A DNA stretch of 53,395 nucleotides from Octopus bimaculoides (lineage: Eukaryota): assembly GCF_001194135.2 (NCBI RefSeq), contig NC_068987.1:27399215-27452609 (forward strand), given 5' to 3'. The position numbers were made by a program, and so were the translations under genes. Positions within the stretch are counted from its first letter, which is position 1. The number at the start of each line of letters is the position of its first letter. Positions 1 to 12,149 of this stretch are shown one piece after another. The notes beneath the pieces were generated by a model. It was not told the DNA's origin. It saw nothing but the letters and a program-made list of their open reading frames with translations, and made no database searches.

Positions 1-1410
1 ATTAAGTAGTTAAAATTATCAAAATATAGTATTTTAACTTCTACCATGGTCATCTAGGGCTATTAATTAGCACATATTTTAAATTGGAAATTGAAACTTT
101 ATAACATATATTCCTGATCTCTCACCTTATCATTTAATCTACTTGTGATAAATAAGAGTTCATATTTACTCCATAGAAGATATTTTTTCACACCACTTCT
201 GCTAATGCTGTTAGTTTCTCAATATGTATCTTAACCCTATATAGCTTATAAGAATTGGAAATTTTCATAAGGTTTTACCTTATTTAATGCTTGATTTTAA
301 AAGAATCATTATTATTTATTACATTATTTCCAGGGCTAACAGCAATTGTGTCTTGTTTTTTTAAATTTTTAACTTAAATAAATCTAATCCTTATGCCCAA
401 AATTAATCTAATCCTTATTCAATTAATATCATTTAATTAGCCCATGTTAATCTTAAAACAAACTCATGATTAACTTTTAATCATCATGTTCCTGTATTGA
501 ATGGCCTTGTTAATTCCTAATATCATTTTTCTTTTTCTGTCCCTCAAACCTTAGTAAACCCATTATTTAAACTATATAAATCCTATACTAATTTTTTGTT
601 CACATTATAAAAATATAGCTTACATTTATGTGTCTTCAAAATAGTATTATTATATTATATATATCAGCTAAAATTTTAAAATCATTTAAAAAATAATTCA
701 AAATAGTTTTTCATGAACCCAATAAACTTAATATCCTTAGACCTTACACCTTATATCCTCTGAATTCAATACTGACATTACTTCATGATTTTTGTATAAA
801 CTAACTACATTTCAATGTTAAATCTCTTAACGAGGACATTTCATTTTATTGTTATTAACATACCTCTTATTGTTAAAATATTGTTAAAATATGTTTAAAC
901 TAATATTGATGTCTGTAAAACAATACTGATGCTCTATTCAGGCTAAAGAAAAAGCCCTGTTTGACCTATATACCTAGGGTTTAATTCCTCAAGATTTTGA
1001 TAGTAGTAAAAAAAAACCCAACCTATAAGAGTGTTGCCACTCTGACCAGAGGAACCTTTATAACCATATCCTTTATAGCCATGTCCATGCATAATGCTTA
1101 CACCTTCCCTTTCCTTAGAAGTGATTGTCCCTTATACTATTACTACTAGATAAGAGACAATAAAATCAGAGACAGTTAGAATTTTTGTCTAGAACCAATT
1201 ACTAGCCTGATATACTTGGCTATGTCAAGATGGATTTTATGTATTCTTCCTCCCACTTGGATTTGAAATATTGCCACAATTATAGTATGTCTATTCTACT
1301 GTAATTTTCTGCATTTTCGTGCAGCTGAAGATTGCTCTACATATTGTATTTAATGTAATGCTCGCATTACTTAAATAAATGGAGTAGCATGAAACGTGCG
1401 TAATGCAACC
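1..1410. mobile_element. Very old, probably Penelope-like (GIY-YIG) retroelement relic ending in a hammerhead-like motif
   Basis: Minus strand 955-972 reads YIGQTG, preceded in frame by GWVFFYYYQN and followed after a frameshift by L-A-*-I-E-H (cf. GIY-YIG R-x-x-EH). Plus strand has CTGAAGA...GAAAC-GTGC-GTA at 1325-1402. Many stops; orientation ambiguous. Confidence 0.35.
1320..1407 (+). ncRNA. Degenerate type I hammerhead ribozyme-like motif
   Basis: CTGAAGA 1325-1331; long stem II (TGCT/AGCA base, inner hairpin ATTTAA-T-GTAATGC/GCATTAC-TTAAAT 1348-1376); GAAA 1391-1394; C-gtgc-G then TA (GUA site 1400-1402); stem I TGCA/TGCA with one mismatch next to the core. Confidence 0.45.
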
Positions 1411-1542
1411 ATCTTTGAAATCCGTATTGCTTATTTTGATTTTTTGATCACCTAGTTTTTGGAATGGTTTTTATATAATACCATACCGTACTATATTCTG
1501 GTGCCTAAACATAAGTACCATATTCAATCTAAATCTAAACCA

Positions 1543-1576
<34 letters not shown>

Positions 1577-1577
<1 letters not shown>

Positions 1578-1729
1578 GGCGGGCTTCTTTCAGTTTCCGT
1601 CTACCAAATCCACTCACAAGGCCCGAGGCTATAGTAGAAGACACTTGCCCAAGGTACCACGCAGTGAGACTGAACCCGGAACCATGTGGTTGGTAAGCAA
1701 GCTCCTTACCACACAGCCACTCCTGCGCC
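1577..1729 (-). mobile_element. tRNA-derived CORE-type SINE (type A), 5' half followed by (TA)n
   Basis: Reverse complement: GGCGCAGGAGTGGCTGTGTGGTAAG (A box)...CCGGGTTCAGTCTC (B box)...GGTACCTTGGGCAAGTGTCTT (CORE-start motif)...GAAACTGAAAGAAGCCCG then (TA)n. Related copies at 37435 and 45722. Confidence 0.9.
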
Positions 1730-2499
1730 ATTTTTGTAAATAAATCTGGTTTCCTGATATGTGTTAATATTTGAAATTTACTTACATATGCGCGGGCGCA
1801 TACATGCATATAAACACATACGTACAAACCTACCATCAAACATTCACGTTTATACTTGGATTCCTCACCATATTACGATAACTTGGTTATTCCTTTCAAC
1901 GGTTGCTCCTTTCACTTCTTCTTCCAAGTCAGGTAAAAGAATGAAATCATTAAATATAATCTTACAAATACATGTACAGTTTTCTCCTTTACTTTTTGCA
2001 CGTGCACACGCACGCACACACACACATACACACACACACACACACACACGTTTAAATGTTCATCATGTCCCAGAAGAAGGAATTGTACAAAGTCTGTTTT
2101 TAGTTATATTCTCTTTCGTACACTGACACGCATGCACGCACTCGCACACACACACGGATAGAAGGGTAGATACATAGATATAGTGTTTAATAAAACCACT
2201 GCAGCATTCATGATCCAGTGACACGTCACTAACAGTCCGATCGCAACTACAAACCAGCCTCAAAGCTCGTACCTTTTCTCGTATTCATCGGTTACACCAG
2301 TCGAAGTCGATCAAACTTTTTAAATCTATGTTACTGAAAAATGTTTCAAGGTTTTCTTTATATTTCCATCACATCATCAGTTGCAGATTTTAGCATATTT
2401 TTTACGAACTTCCAAATTCAAGACGTTGTGGAGCACATTTTTTTATGTGGGCACGTTGTATGTATGCATGTATCATTATATGTATATGCATGTTTGCAT

Positions 2500-2706
<207 letters not shown>

Positions 2707-4627
2707 TTGGATGCCATGAAGAAATACAATTCAAATGATCAACAGAATGGAACCACTCAGGAAACTATAAATTCGTGGCAAGCGCAAAATAAAGCAGTTT
2801 AACAATCCATAAAACGATAACACTAAAACCTTCTGAAACCGCGTACAGATTATATTTTTTTGACATTTATTTGCCGATACTACAACATATTTAGCTATAA
2901 CATCTTGATTCTATGATAAAGTTTTACTATTAATGTGAAAAGTTTGATCTTTTGTTTAAGCAGAAACCCAGTGCTAACCATTTATCGTAATTCAATGCAA
3001 AAGTGAAGTTTCCAAACGACCATATGTACGTATAGCTGTAGGTATGTGTAGAACTTCTATACACACTTAACCTATGCCTTTAAACACCCATATAAAATAA
3101 TGTGTGCATCTACCCACTGCATATGCGACGATTAAAAGTTAACAAAATCATACTTTCTAATTTACGTTGGTGCATAGTAGACCTCGCCAAACCAAATTCA
3201 GGAGTATCTGGATCATACCGTTTATGACCCAGTGAAAAATTCGTCATTTGAGCTCTTCCCATTTACTTGCCGTATTTCAGGAACGAATTGGTACGAAAAT
3301 TCTTTCAGCAAAAGGAAATATAATTTCTTTCATATAATTTCTCTGTAATACCACTTTCTTTAAAGTTCTTCGATGCTTTGTAAAATTTCCGAATTTTGAT
3401 AAATATCTTCACTCATATGTTAGAAAAACTTTTTAGGACGAAATGCTGTTCGAAAATGTTTCAGAGATAACTGAAAAATATCAGTGTCATAACTGTTCAA
3501 TTGCCTTTATCTCAACGCTCCAATCTGTCAGCTGAGTTTTGTTCACATTGATACTGCATTTTACGCTCTTACATATCGTCTATATATTTAAACAACGAAG
3601 AGCTGTTCTCCCCAATACTGCAAAATGTATGAATATCACTTTGTTCTTTTTTCTTTCTTTCTCATCTCAACTTTCTTTTTATTATTGTCTCTTTTCCTAT
3701 GCATAGCACTGATTTCTTGCCTTATGCGCTTACACTACTTTTCGTTAATCGTCTTTTTTCCTTCTGTTTCTTTTTCTATTCATTACTAAGTGACGCCTAA
3801 AATTTTTCTCTATGGGAATGCAAGTCATAAAAAATGTCTCCCTACTTTTCTCATAAATGGAAAATGAAGTTAAATTCATCGAAAACAAATTTTAATATGT
3901 TTTATTCTTTATTGTATTTTATTGCATTCCCGTTGCATATAGATATTTTTGTGTATTTTATTATCCTTTTATAGCACATGCATTATATTTTAAATCTATT
4001 GAATTATTTTACTATGTTCATTACATCTTATTTTATTATCTATTTTATATTTTCAGGAGAGATCAATTCATTTCCCTATCGTATCAATATATTTCTGTGT
4101 CTACTCTTGTATCCCCTAGTTTTCTTTTTCCATCCGTCAATACTGAAGACTTACATTTCCTTCCGCACATTCACTGCAGATACAATCATTTGATGTAACA
4201 TAAATCCTAATATTTATTATACATTTTAACACCCTCTGAGATTGATAAATATATTTCAAGTTATTTCATGCCTTCATTTTTACTCCTAATTTTTTCTGTT
4301 CCTCAACTCATTCGAAGCATGTATTCATCCACACAACTCTTCTTCAATTCTATCGCTAATACTTCTATTCATTTTCATACATATCTAAGAAATGGCTATT
4401 TTTCTCCATAAACCTTATTGTAAGCGACACACAACTTATTCCTCTATTCTGTCAATGAAGCTCTGGAAGACAAATGCTATTAGGATTTTACCATCCAGAA
4501 ACCCTCACAACTAAATCTCATGTCTTCTGTAAGCCTTCTTCAGCAGAATTACTTTCACTAACGTTAACAACACTCAGACTCAGCATAAACCATTCTGTAT
4601 GATCTCAAATAGACACAGAAGCGCACA

Positions 4628-4676
<49 letters not shown>

Positions 4677-5015
4677 CCATTTCTTTGGCCGTCGTTTCAT
4701 CTCGATTCTTACCAGCACCAGTCCAACTTTGTGGTTTGGGGGAGCGGGTGCTGATCACATATTTCCTTCTACTACTCACCCCTTCCTCTAGCCTTGTACT
4801 TTTTAAATACTTAAAATTGGTTATTGCATGTTTGAATAGCATTTCTCGCTTTTCTGTCTGAAGATAAGCTTGTGTGCTTGACTATGCGTTCTGCTTTTAT
4901 GAAGTGCATCTCCAGATTGCATCTCTTGTATGACATGTGTTGCCGAATACTGACTGGAACATATGTAACAGATTAAAAGGAGTACTAAGTTCAAGGTCAT
5001 GTTCTTTTTACTTTG

Positions 5016-5057
<42 letters not shown>

Positions 5058-5192
5058 NNNNNNNNNNNNNNNNNNNNNNNNNNNNNNNNNNNNNNNNNNN
5101 NNNNNNNNNNNNNNNNNNNNNNNNNNNNNNNNNNNNNNNNNNNNNNNNNNNNNNNNNNNNNNNNNNNNNNNNNNNNNNNNNNNNNNNNNNNA

Positions 5193-5528
5193 AGGCACGT
5201 GGCTTAGTGGTGAGGGCATTCGGCTCACGATCGTAAGGTCCTGAGTTCGGTTCCCAGCGACGCGCTGTGTCCTTGAGCAAGACCCTTTATTTCATGTTTC
5301 TCCGGTCCCCTCAGCTGGCAAAAATGAGTAGTACCTGTATTTCAAAGGGCCAGCCTTATCACGCTATGTGTCACGCTAAGTCTCCCTGAGAACTACGTTA
5401 GGGGGAACACGCACGTTTCTGGGGATTGGTCAATCACTTGCAGGTTAATTTCATGAGCAGGCTGTTCCGTTGATCATGGGACCGTTGATCAGCTGGGACC
5501 GTCGTCGTCGTAGCCGACGGAGTGCTCC
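5193..5528 (+). mobile_element. Near full-length tRNA-derived CORE-type SINE (type C) with (TA)n tail
   Basis: GGCACGTGGCTTAGTGGT (A box), GAGTTCGGTTCCC (B box), GTGTCCTTGAGCAAGAC (CORE-start motif), family-specific body, small tandem duplication CCGTTGATCA...GGACCGT near the 3' end. Confidence 0.85.
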
Positions 5529-6045
5529 TATATATATATATATACATACTATACATACACAGAGGGGGAGAGAGAGAGGTGATGTTGTTAAAAACAACAC
5601 TACACTGTTAAACGCAATAACTTTATTTACTCTTTCATTTAATCCGGATCTAGACTGTTTCGAAACAAAGAGAATGCATTAGCTATTTAAATTATGTCAA
5701 GTTGAACATAATGTACAGTTAGCATAATGTTAAGTATTGACACTATAAAGAGCACCATAATAAACCTCACTTACTTTATGAACAATTGAAAGTAAAAAGT
5801 ATTTTGATATTTCATATTGCAATCTATGTCGGACAAACTATCGATATCTATTAGATTATTAGCATAAAAATGTGGAGACAAGAGTGATAATATACATAAG
5901 TAAATGAACCGGGAACAATACAAAGCAAGAAGTGAAAGATTAAAAATATTGCTGCATAAGTTTGAATTTAAATCGTTAACTTTAAAAGGCGATTTCCTTT
6001 TGCCCATTGCATAAACATAAGCATGTCTACTTGAGAACATACAAA

Positions 6046-6287
6046 ATGGATTATACTGTATCTGAGATAGATAAATTAAGTGCTCGTAGCTTTGGTGAAA
6101 GTAAGTCTTTTGAACAAGGTTTACAGAAGTCATGAGATTTGATAAAGATTGAAAATCATTTGTTCCTAGTGAGAATGAATAAAGATTTACTTTTCAGTTG
6201 GTAAAGGTAGAAATCATTCAAACCAATACATTAGTTTTCTTTCGTTATTTCTGCACTGTCAGGATGCCACCGTACATTTATTACGAG
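6046..6287 (+). CDS. Candidate two small coding exons (6046-6100 and 6263-6287) of an unidentified gene
   Basis: CAAA-ATG-G start context at 6046; donor AAA|GTAAGT at 6101; acceptor TTTTCTTTCGTTATTTCTGCACTGTCAG| at 6262; donor GAG|GTAACA at 6288. Spliced reading MDYTVSEIDKLSARSFGE-RCHRTFIT is open. No homolog recognised. Confidence 0.3.
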
Positions 6288-6749
6288 GTAACATAAAGTG
6301 CGTCGTAGTTATTGTTCCCACTTGAATTCGTAGTTCTGTATATCAGGGTGTCAAGCTCAGCTATAGTTGAATAAAATAGGAGGTGAAGGCAGACAGGCTA
6401 CATCTTCATTACATACGAGTGCTTTAGCGTCATCGTATCGTAGAAGATATATATAAAATGTTCTATATTGCATTGTTTCATGCAAACGTTTAGATTCTAA
6501 TACAGCATATAATTGTATATTTGAATGAAATCAAGAAGAATATGTATTTTTTACATTTAGATTTCATGTTTAACCTAGAATAAATCTAAAATATCATTTT
6601 CGTGTGCTTTTGCCTGTATTTTGTTAATTAGAACCGTTATCATTTCTGCGCCCACATTTCCCCGGTTATTTGCAGCTAAAAGATATTTGCTCTTGAAGCA
6701 AAACTTGAAAAGTCTAAAACTTAAGAACATGCAGTTTTTATTTCCAAAC

Positions 6750-7700
6750 TTGAAATTATAATATAATGATAAAACTTGACAAAAAGTAAATTACATAATA
6801 TGTCAATGAGGAACACAAGTCGACGGAGAAATTGCTAAGAAAGTAGCAGTAGAGGAATTAAATAGCACCAGCTAGAAAGCGGTAGAACAAATATACTTTA
6901 ACTAGATTAAGACAAAAGAGTTCCGATCACGTTCATATTCTTGTGAGAAACTTTGAACACAGAGTGAACCATTTCGTTACCATGGAGATGAACAAAGATG
7001 TCTTGAATGCTGCAAATAATGTTAGTATTGTTAAAACATGTTGATTTGTCCTCTCTTGTACAGTGATATATCTTAGATGTGACAAATTTATGGTTGAATT
7101 CTGAAAAACGGGCCAAGGTTGCAGGAAGGTTTTCTGTTGGAAACACAAAGCAATTCCAAGCTTGTAAGAATATGTGAGGACGCGTTTATTTAGAGACATG
7201 ATGAATCTTTCATTTCAGAAATTCACAATAAATTGCTGTTTCGGTCTGAAGAGTTAAATTTTGTTTCCATGATTATTTCGGAGATAATTTGAAACATTCA
7301 AAACTTGTGGAACGCTATGTGAACGAAAGCAGAGTTATAACGAGGCAAACTTTAATCCCACGGAATTTACCCAATATTTCGATATATACTGGATGAAGAG
7401 AGCGGACAATTGTACTGATGCATTCTATATTTCTGTCAGACTGGTGTCATTACTCCTAAAGCTATGATATATCTGCAACTGTCTTCGATCTTAGTCGTAA
7501 CACTTTAACCATGTACATAGGCAAATAATGAAAACACTTGCGATAAAATCTTTCATGAAGAATGTCTTACGGAACAGTGGTTCACGTAACCTTATAATTG
7601 TCGTTGACAGAAATGAAGCAAATTAGCAGTTGATCGGTAAGATATACTTTTAACAACCAACGCTTTTGCTCACACATCGCGATATGGAATATATTTAGAA
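6750..7700 (+). pseudogene. Possible decayed MULE/Mutator-type transposase
   Basis: Frameshifted fragments FVT(D)GDE..NAANNV (cf. MULE TD-x-x-x-A-x-x-NA-x-x-x-VF) near 6970-7025 and EFTQYFDIYWMKRAD near 7360-7410 (cf. F-x-x-YF-x-x-x-W). Many stops. Confidence 0.25.
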
Positions 7701-8437
7701 TATAGATAAAGTCAACTTCACTTCAGTACTGAAATAGAAAATCTACTGAAGAGGTACGACTTCGCAAACACCACATTTGTAAATGATGGAATATATTTTC
7801 AAACAACTATTCAACAGATTTTCAGTGTCCTGTATATAAGATATATATTTCCAGTGAATTTATAGAATTCAGTACGGTGTTTCAACTTGCCTAAAGAAAT
7901 AAGCTTACATGCACAAAAGACAGATACGTATGTATGTCATTGTTCAAATTTATTTCAAGACGTCATGCCAATAGAGAAAGAGCCGGTTTCTAGCCTAAGT
8001 TCAAGGCTCCATCATTGGAATTTCAACATCAACAACAGAGTATTTTAGTTTGTATGCATGTATATATATGTGTAGATTTCTTTGTGTTGATTTATGTACG
8101 TATTCTCATGCATATAGCTGCATATCTAGACATGCTCATATATATATATATATATANNNNNNNNNNNNNNNNNNNNNNNNNNNNNNNNNNNNNNNNNNNN
8201 NNNNNNNNNNNNNNNNNNNNNNNNNNNNNNNNNNNNNNNNNNNNNNNNNNNNNNNNNNNNNNNNNNNNNNNNNNNNNNNNNNNNNNAAATGATAAACTTC
8301 TGGTAAGTTTTACATATTTTTACAGTCCCCGTGATTGATTGGATCTGTAATCTTCGAATTAACGTTTTCCCTTCTGGTTTTGAGGAGCCTAATTTCTCAA
8401 GATTAATATTTAGGCAGTGTGTTACATATCTCAGTGC

Positions 8438-8472
<35 letters not shown>

Positions 8473-8824
8473 TGTGTGTGTGTGTGTGTTGGTTTTTATT
8501 TCTTAAGTAAACTGAAATAGTGAAGGAGAGCTTCTAAGAATGCCAAAAAGGAAAGTTGAGCAACCTTTATAATTTTGAGGCTCAAAGACTAGACGTCAGA
8601 AATGAACATTGTAGAAGTGTGAGCTGATGTAGATCATGCCATTTTGATTGCTGAATGGACAGTGGCCCCGCTTTGTATAGCAAATGTATAAGACAAGAGC
8701 AGTGCCCACAATATTTTGGCTGCCGTTGGCCGTAGTGATCACCATCATGACTTCGATGTATGGCTCTCAGCATTGGTTGGTGATGGTTGTGGTATATACC
8801 GTGTTAGTTGTAGGTGAGGGCGTT

Positions 8825-9186
8825 TGTAGTATATTCTGAGATAACAGTCGGTATTAGGTGCTGGCATGCAATGGCAACAGTATTCGTCATAGCGGTGATG
8901 ATATCAGTCATAACAACGGCGTATACAGTGCAGGCAGGCAAGGCCATCAGTCATCGTTGCAGAGGTGATGATGCAGGTCGAGGAAGCGGCGAAATTGAGA
9001 TGATTGGTAAGTTATCGGAGCCATCGGCTCTACTCCGAGTTAAGACACGGATTAATAAATGAGCGATATAGGCCCGGCGCTTGTCAAAATGCGCAGACTA
9101 AATCGTTTGTGCTTTTGTGGAATCATGTTGGTGTCATGCATTCCGACATTCGAATGTATTTAATTGTAACGTATTAGTTCACCACA
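8825..9186 (+). mobile_element. Candidate solo LTR (362 bp)
   Basis: Starts TGTAGTATA, ends CACCACA, internal AATAAA near 9054, flanked by CGTT (8821-8824) and CGCT (9187-9190) as a possible 4-bp TSD with one mismatch; GC-richer than flanks. Confidence 0.3.
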
Positions 9187-9689
9187 CGCTATATATATAT
9201 ATATATATATATACATATNNNNNNNNNNNNNNNNNNNNNNNNNNNNNNNNNNNNNNNNNNNNNNNNNNNNNNNNNNNNNNNNNATATATATAATGCATTT
9301 TATTTTCTCGTTAAAAGAAATTTTAACTTGAATTTGATATCTATAAATCTAAATTCTTTAAAATACGAAGTGTTTAGAAGTATCTTTTAAAATATTTCGA
9401 ATAACTTATGAATTAGTTAAACTACTATAAGAAATTAAATGAATTTTTTGAAAATACTAGAAAACCGAGATTTAAAAATCAATTAACTGATAGTAAAATC
9501 TGCAATGACTGCTATTGCAGAATAAAATATTTTCGTATAGATTTAATTTTGCATTAAGAGTTTTTTCCATTAATATTTCAATATATATTTGACAAAAATA
9601 TTTACTTACTTTTAGAAGTATTTAAATACTTTCATCTTACAAAACGATTTAATTAGTTATTTTTATTTATATTTATATTGATTTGTGTG

Positions 9690-10340
9690 TAGAAGTAAAT
9701 TGTATTATGACTATTAAACGTGTTTATGGGTAAGATGTTTGGTAGAACTAAAATAATCATACTAACAGATTTTAAAATGTTATAGTTTTATTGTCATTCA
9801 ACAGAAAAGTACTCAACTGCTATAATTCTGAAATTTAATGTCAGTTTATTTTGCTATGTAGAGTTAGTTGATGGTGTTATAAGCATTTCACTATTGTAAG
9901 CAAACAACCAACTACGAAATGTTTTGTTATAAAAGATATTGATTATTTGAGAAACATATTCGATGTTTCTCAAATAATCGATGAGCAAATATTCAAATGT
10001 TTCCATATCAGGAAGGATCCAAAGTGTTAAAACCCTAAGTAAAGAACCAAATTCAATTTCGTATATCGCAATATATGCAGTATGCATAAAATTTTCTAAT
10101 CCTCTGTCCATTTTTTCATGTACGAAGTTCTGCTGACTTTAGTGAAGGCTTTTCAATGCAAAGTGAACTATCAGTTTCGAAGATGGTCCTTCTACCACAT
10201 TCCTTGAGCAGCAGCATTCCCATGCTTCCGGTTTATATTTTTCGTTTAGGCGGAAATTCATTGTGACATGGTGACGACAAAATGTAGTACACAGGTTCAA
10301 GGGACACTCTTTTGTCCGGTGCAGTGATAGCATTGAGAAT
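9690..10340 (-). pseudogene. Decayed MULE/MuDR (SWIM-type family) transposase fragment
   Basis: ORFs 10139-10333 and 9854-10111 are one frame split by a single stop. Motifs FCRHHVTMN (C-x-x-H-x-x-x-N), FEYLLIDYL...SWLFAY, STNST*QNKL (cf. TNN-x-x-E-x-Q-N) and downstream KSVSMIILVLPNILP. Confidence 0.5.
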
Positions 10341-11838
10341 AGAGAAAAGGAAGAAGGATGAAATTCTAATGATGTGTTCAGTTATTATATACCGAGTTGA
10401 ATCGAAAAATAATGTACATATGCATATAAAGTACATATGATTGAATGTGCGTACATATATAAAGGTATGTGTTTCTGTGTGTGTGTGTACGTGTATGTAG
10501 TGACATACGCATGTGTATAGGTGCAAATGTACATAAATGACTGCATATATATCATTTAAAANNNNNNNNNNNNNNNNNNNNNNNNNNNNNNNNNNNNNNN
10601 NNNNNNNNNNNNNNNNNNNNNNNNNNNNNNNNNNNNNNNNNNNNNNNNNNNNNNNNNNNNNNNNNNNNNNNNNNNNNNNNNNNNNNNNNNNNNNNNNNNN
10701 NNNNNNNNNNNNNNNNNNNNNNNNNNNNNNNNNNNNNNNNNNNNNNNNNNNNNNNNNNNNNNNNNNNNNNNNNNNNNNNNNNNNNNNNNNNNNNNNNNNN
10801 NNNNNNNNNNNNNNNNNNNNNNNNNNNNNNNNNNNNNNNNNNNNNNNNNNNATATATATATATATATATACAATATATATATGTACATGATCATGCAATC
10901 ATGCATACATTTACACATATATGAGAGTGTGCTTATGCACGCATGTACATATGCGCACATGTTTATAAGTTCATGTATATTTGTTTGTGCATGTTTTTGC
11001 CTACATTTATTTCAGTAGCAGAATGGTCTTCTCTCTTCGCCTCCAAAACCTCTTTTCTGGTAGGAAACTCTACCATATTAATGATAGAAGAAGAATAGAT
11101 TGTGTTGTTTGAAGAAGCCTTTTAGTACCAATAAAATTATACATACATATACGCATATACACACCTATATGTGTAAACGTTCTTTCCTGTTTTTAATTAA
11201 TTATTTGAATTCTTCCTCTGAGGAAGGAGCTGGTTTCTAACAAGCATACAAAACTCCATCGTTCGGTTATAGATAACAGAAACAATGTCACATTTTAAAC
11301 TTAGGAAAAGTCTTGCATATTTTTACTGTTCCACTTACAGATTTTTATCTCGCATGTACGAATTAGTTGGTTGATTTTCTTTCTGAAAACTCTAGCGTAT
11401 CAATATTTCACTGAGGCGTTTACCCGGAGCAGATGTCCCTAGCTATCCTCTTTCTCTTAGAAATATTCACATCATCATACAGCTGATCTCTGTGACAGTG
11501 CATAATTTTTCTTGTATATCTCAAACAACAATTTCCGGCCTGTTATGTTTACATTTGACATATGTTTTGATGTGAATGTTCAACCAGTATTTCTCGTGTT
11601 GATGTTTGCGTGTGAATTCAACAATAGTGTGATTCTCTATATTTTTTCGAGGACTGTCTTTTTTTTTTTCGAATGACATTGTTCATTGTTTTCACGACAA
11701 TGTACTATCTCATACGGTGGTAACATTTTTGTGATATTTTTGAGTAGCTGCTAATCCCACTTGTGATGTTTTCCACAGAAATATGACATAATCTACATTT
11801 CTTTTTCCGGGATGAGAGATTGGCTAGTGAGGAAAATG

Positions 11839-11966
11839 CCTTCGATGTCGGCTCTTCCTATCATTGCGAAGCAGAATTCGCAAAGCGTTGGATTGCTTAC
11901 CCACTAACGGGGAACGTAAGACGGGTTTAGACCGTCGTGAGATAGGTTAGTTTTATCCTACCGATG
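11839..11966 (+). rRNA. 28S: 28S rRNA pseudogene fragment A (domain V, peptidyl-transferase region)
   Basis: CCTTCGATGTCGGCTCTTCCTATCATTGCGAAGCAGAATTCGC...GGGTTTAGACCGTCGTGAGATAGGTTAGTTTTATCCTACCGATG matches the conserved eukaryotic LSU sequence with scattered substitutions. Confidence 0.95.
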
Positions 11967-11977
11967 CATCACGCGTA

Positions 11978-12149
11978 CGCTCTTGGTTGAATTTCTTCAC
12001 TTTGGCATTCAGAGCACGAAGCATATATCACATCGCGTCTGTGAGGCTCAGCCGGCTACACGGTGCTCCGTTTTAATTAGACAGTTTGTTCCGAGTCGAC
12101 CGTTTGCTGCAGGCCGAACGCCTGTTGCGCGTCGCGGTGCAGCGACTGA
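11978..12149 (-). rRNA. 28S: 28S rRNA pseudogene fragment B (end of D8 into domain IV, stopping upstream of the R2 target site)
   Basis: Reverse complement contains GACTCGGAAC...ACTGTCTAATTAAAAC...GACGCGATGTGAT...GTGCTCTGAATGCCAAAGTGAAGAAATTCAACCAAG, matching conserved LSU. The GC-rich 12110-12149 part is only presumed to be D8. Confidence 0.88.

Noticed and set aside
1-1300. Possible mitochondrial insertion because of AT richness and C/G skew
   Set aside because: No conserved mitochondrial rRNA, tRNA or protein motif recognised.
6925-6950. DHVHILV resembling the HUH motif of IS200/RAYT transposases
   Set aside because: Only 7 residues, no downstream catalytic Tyr helix; surrounding frames look more MULE-like.
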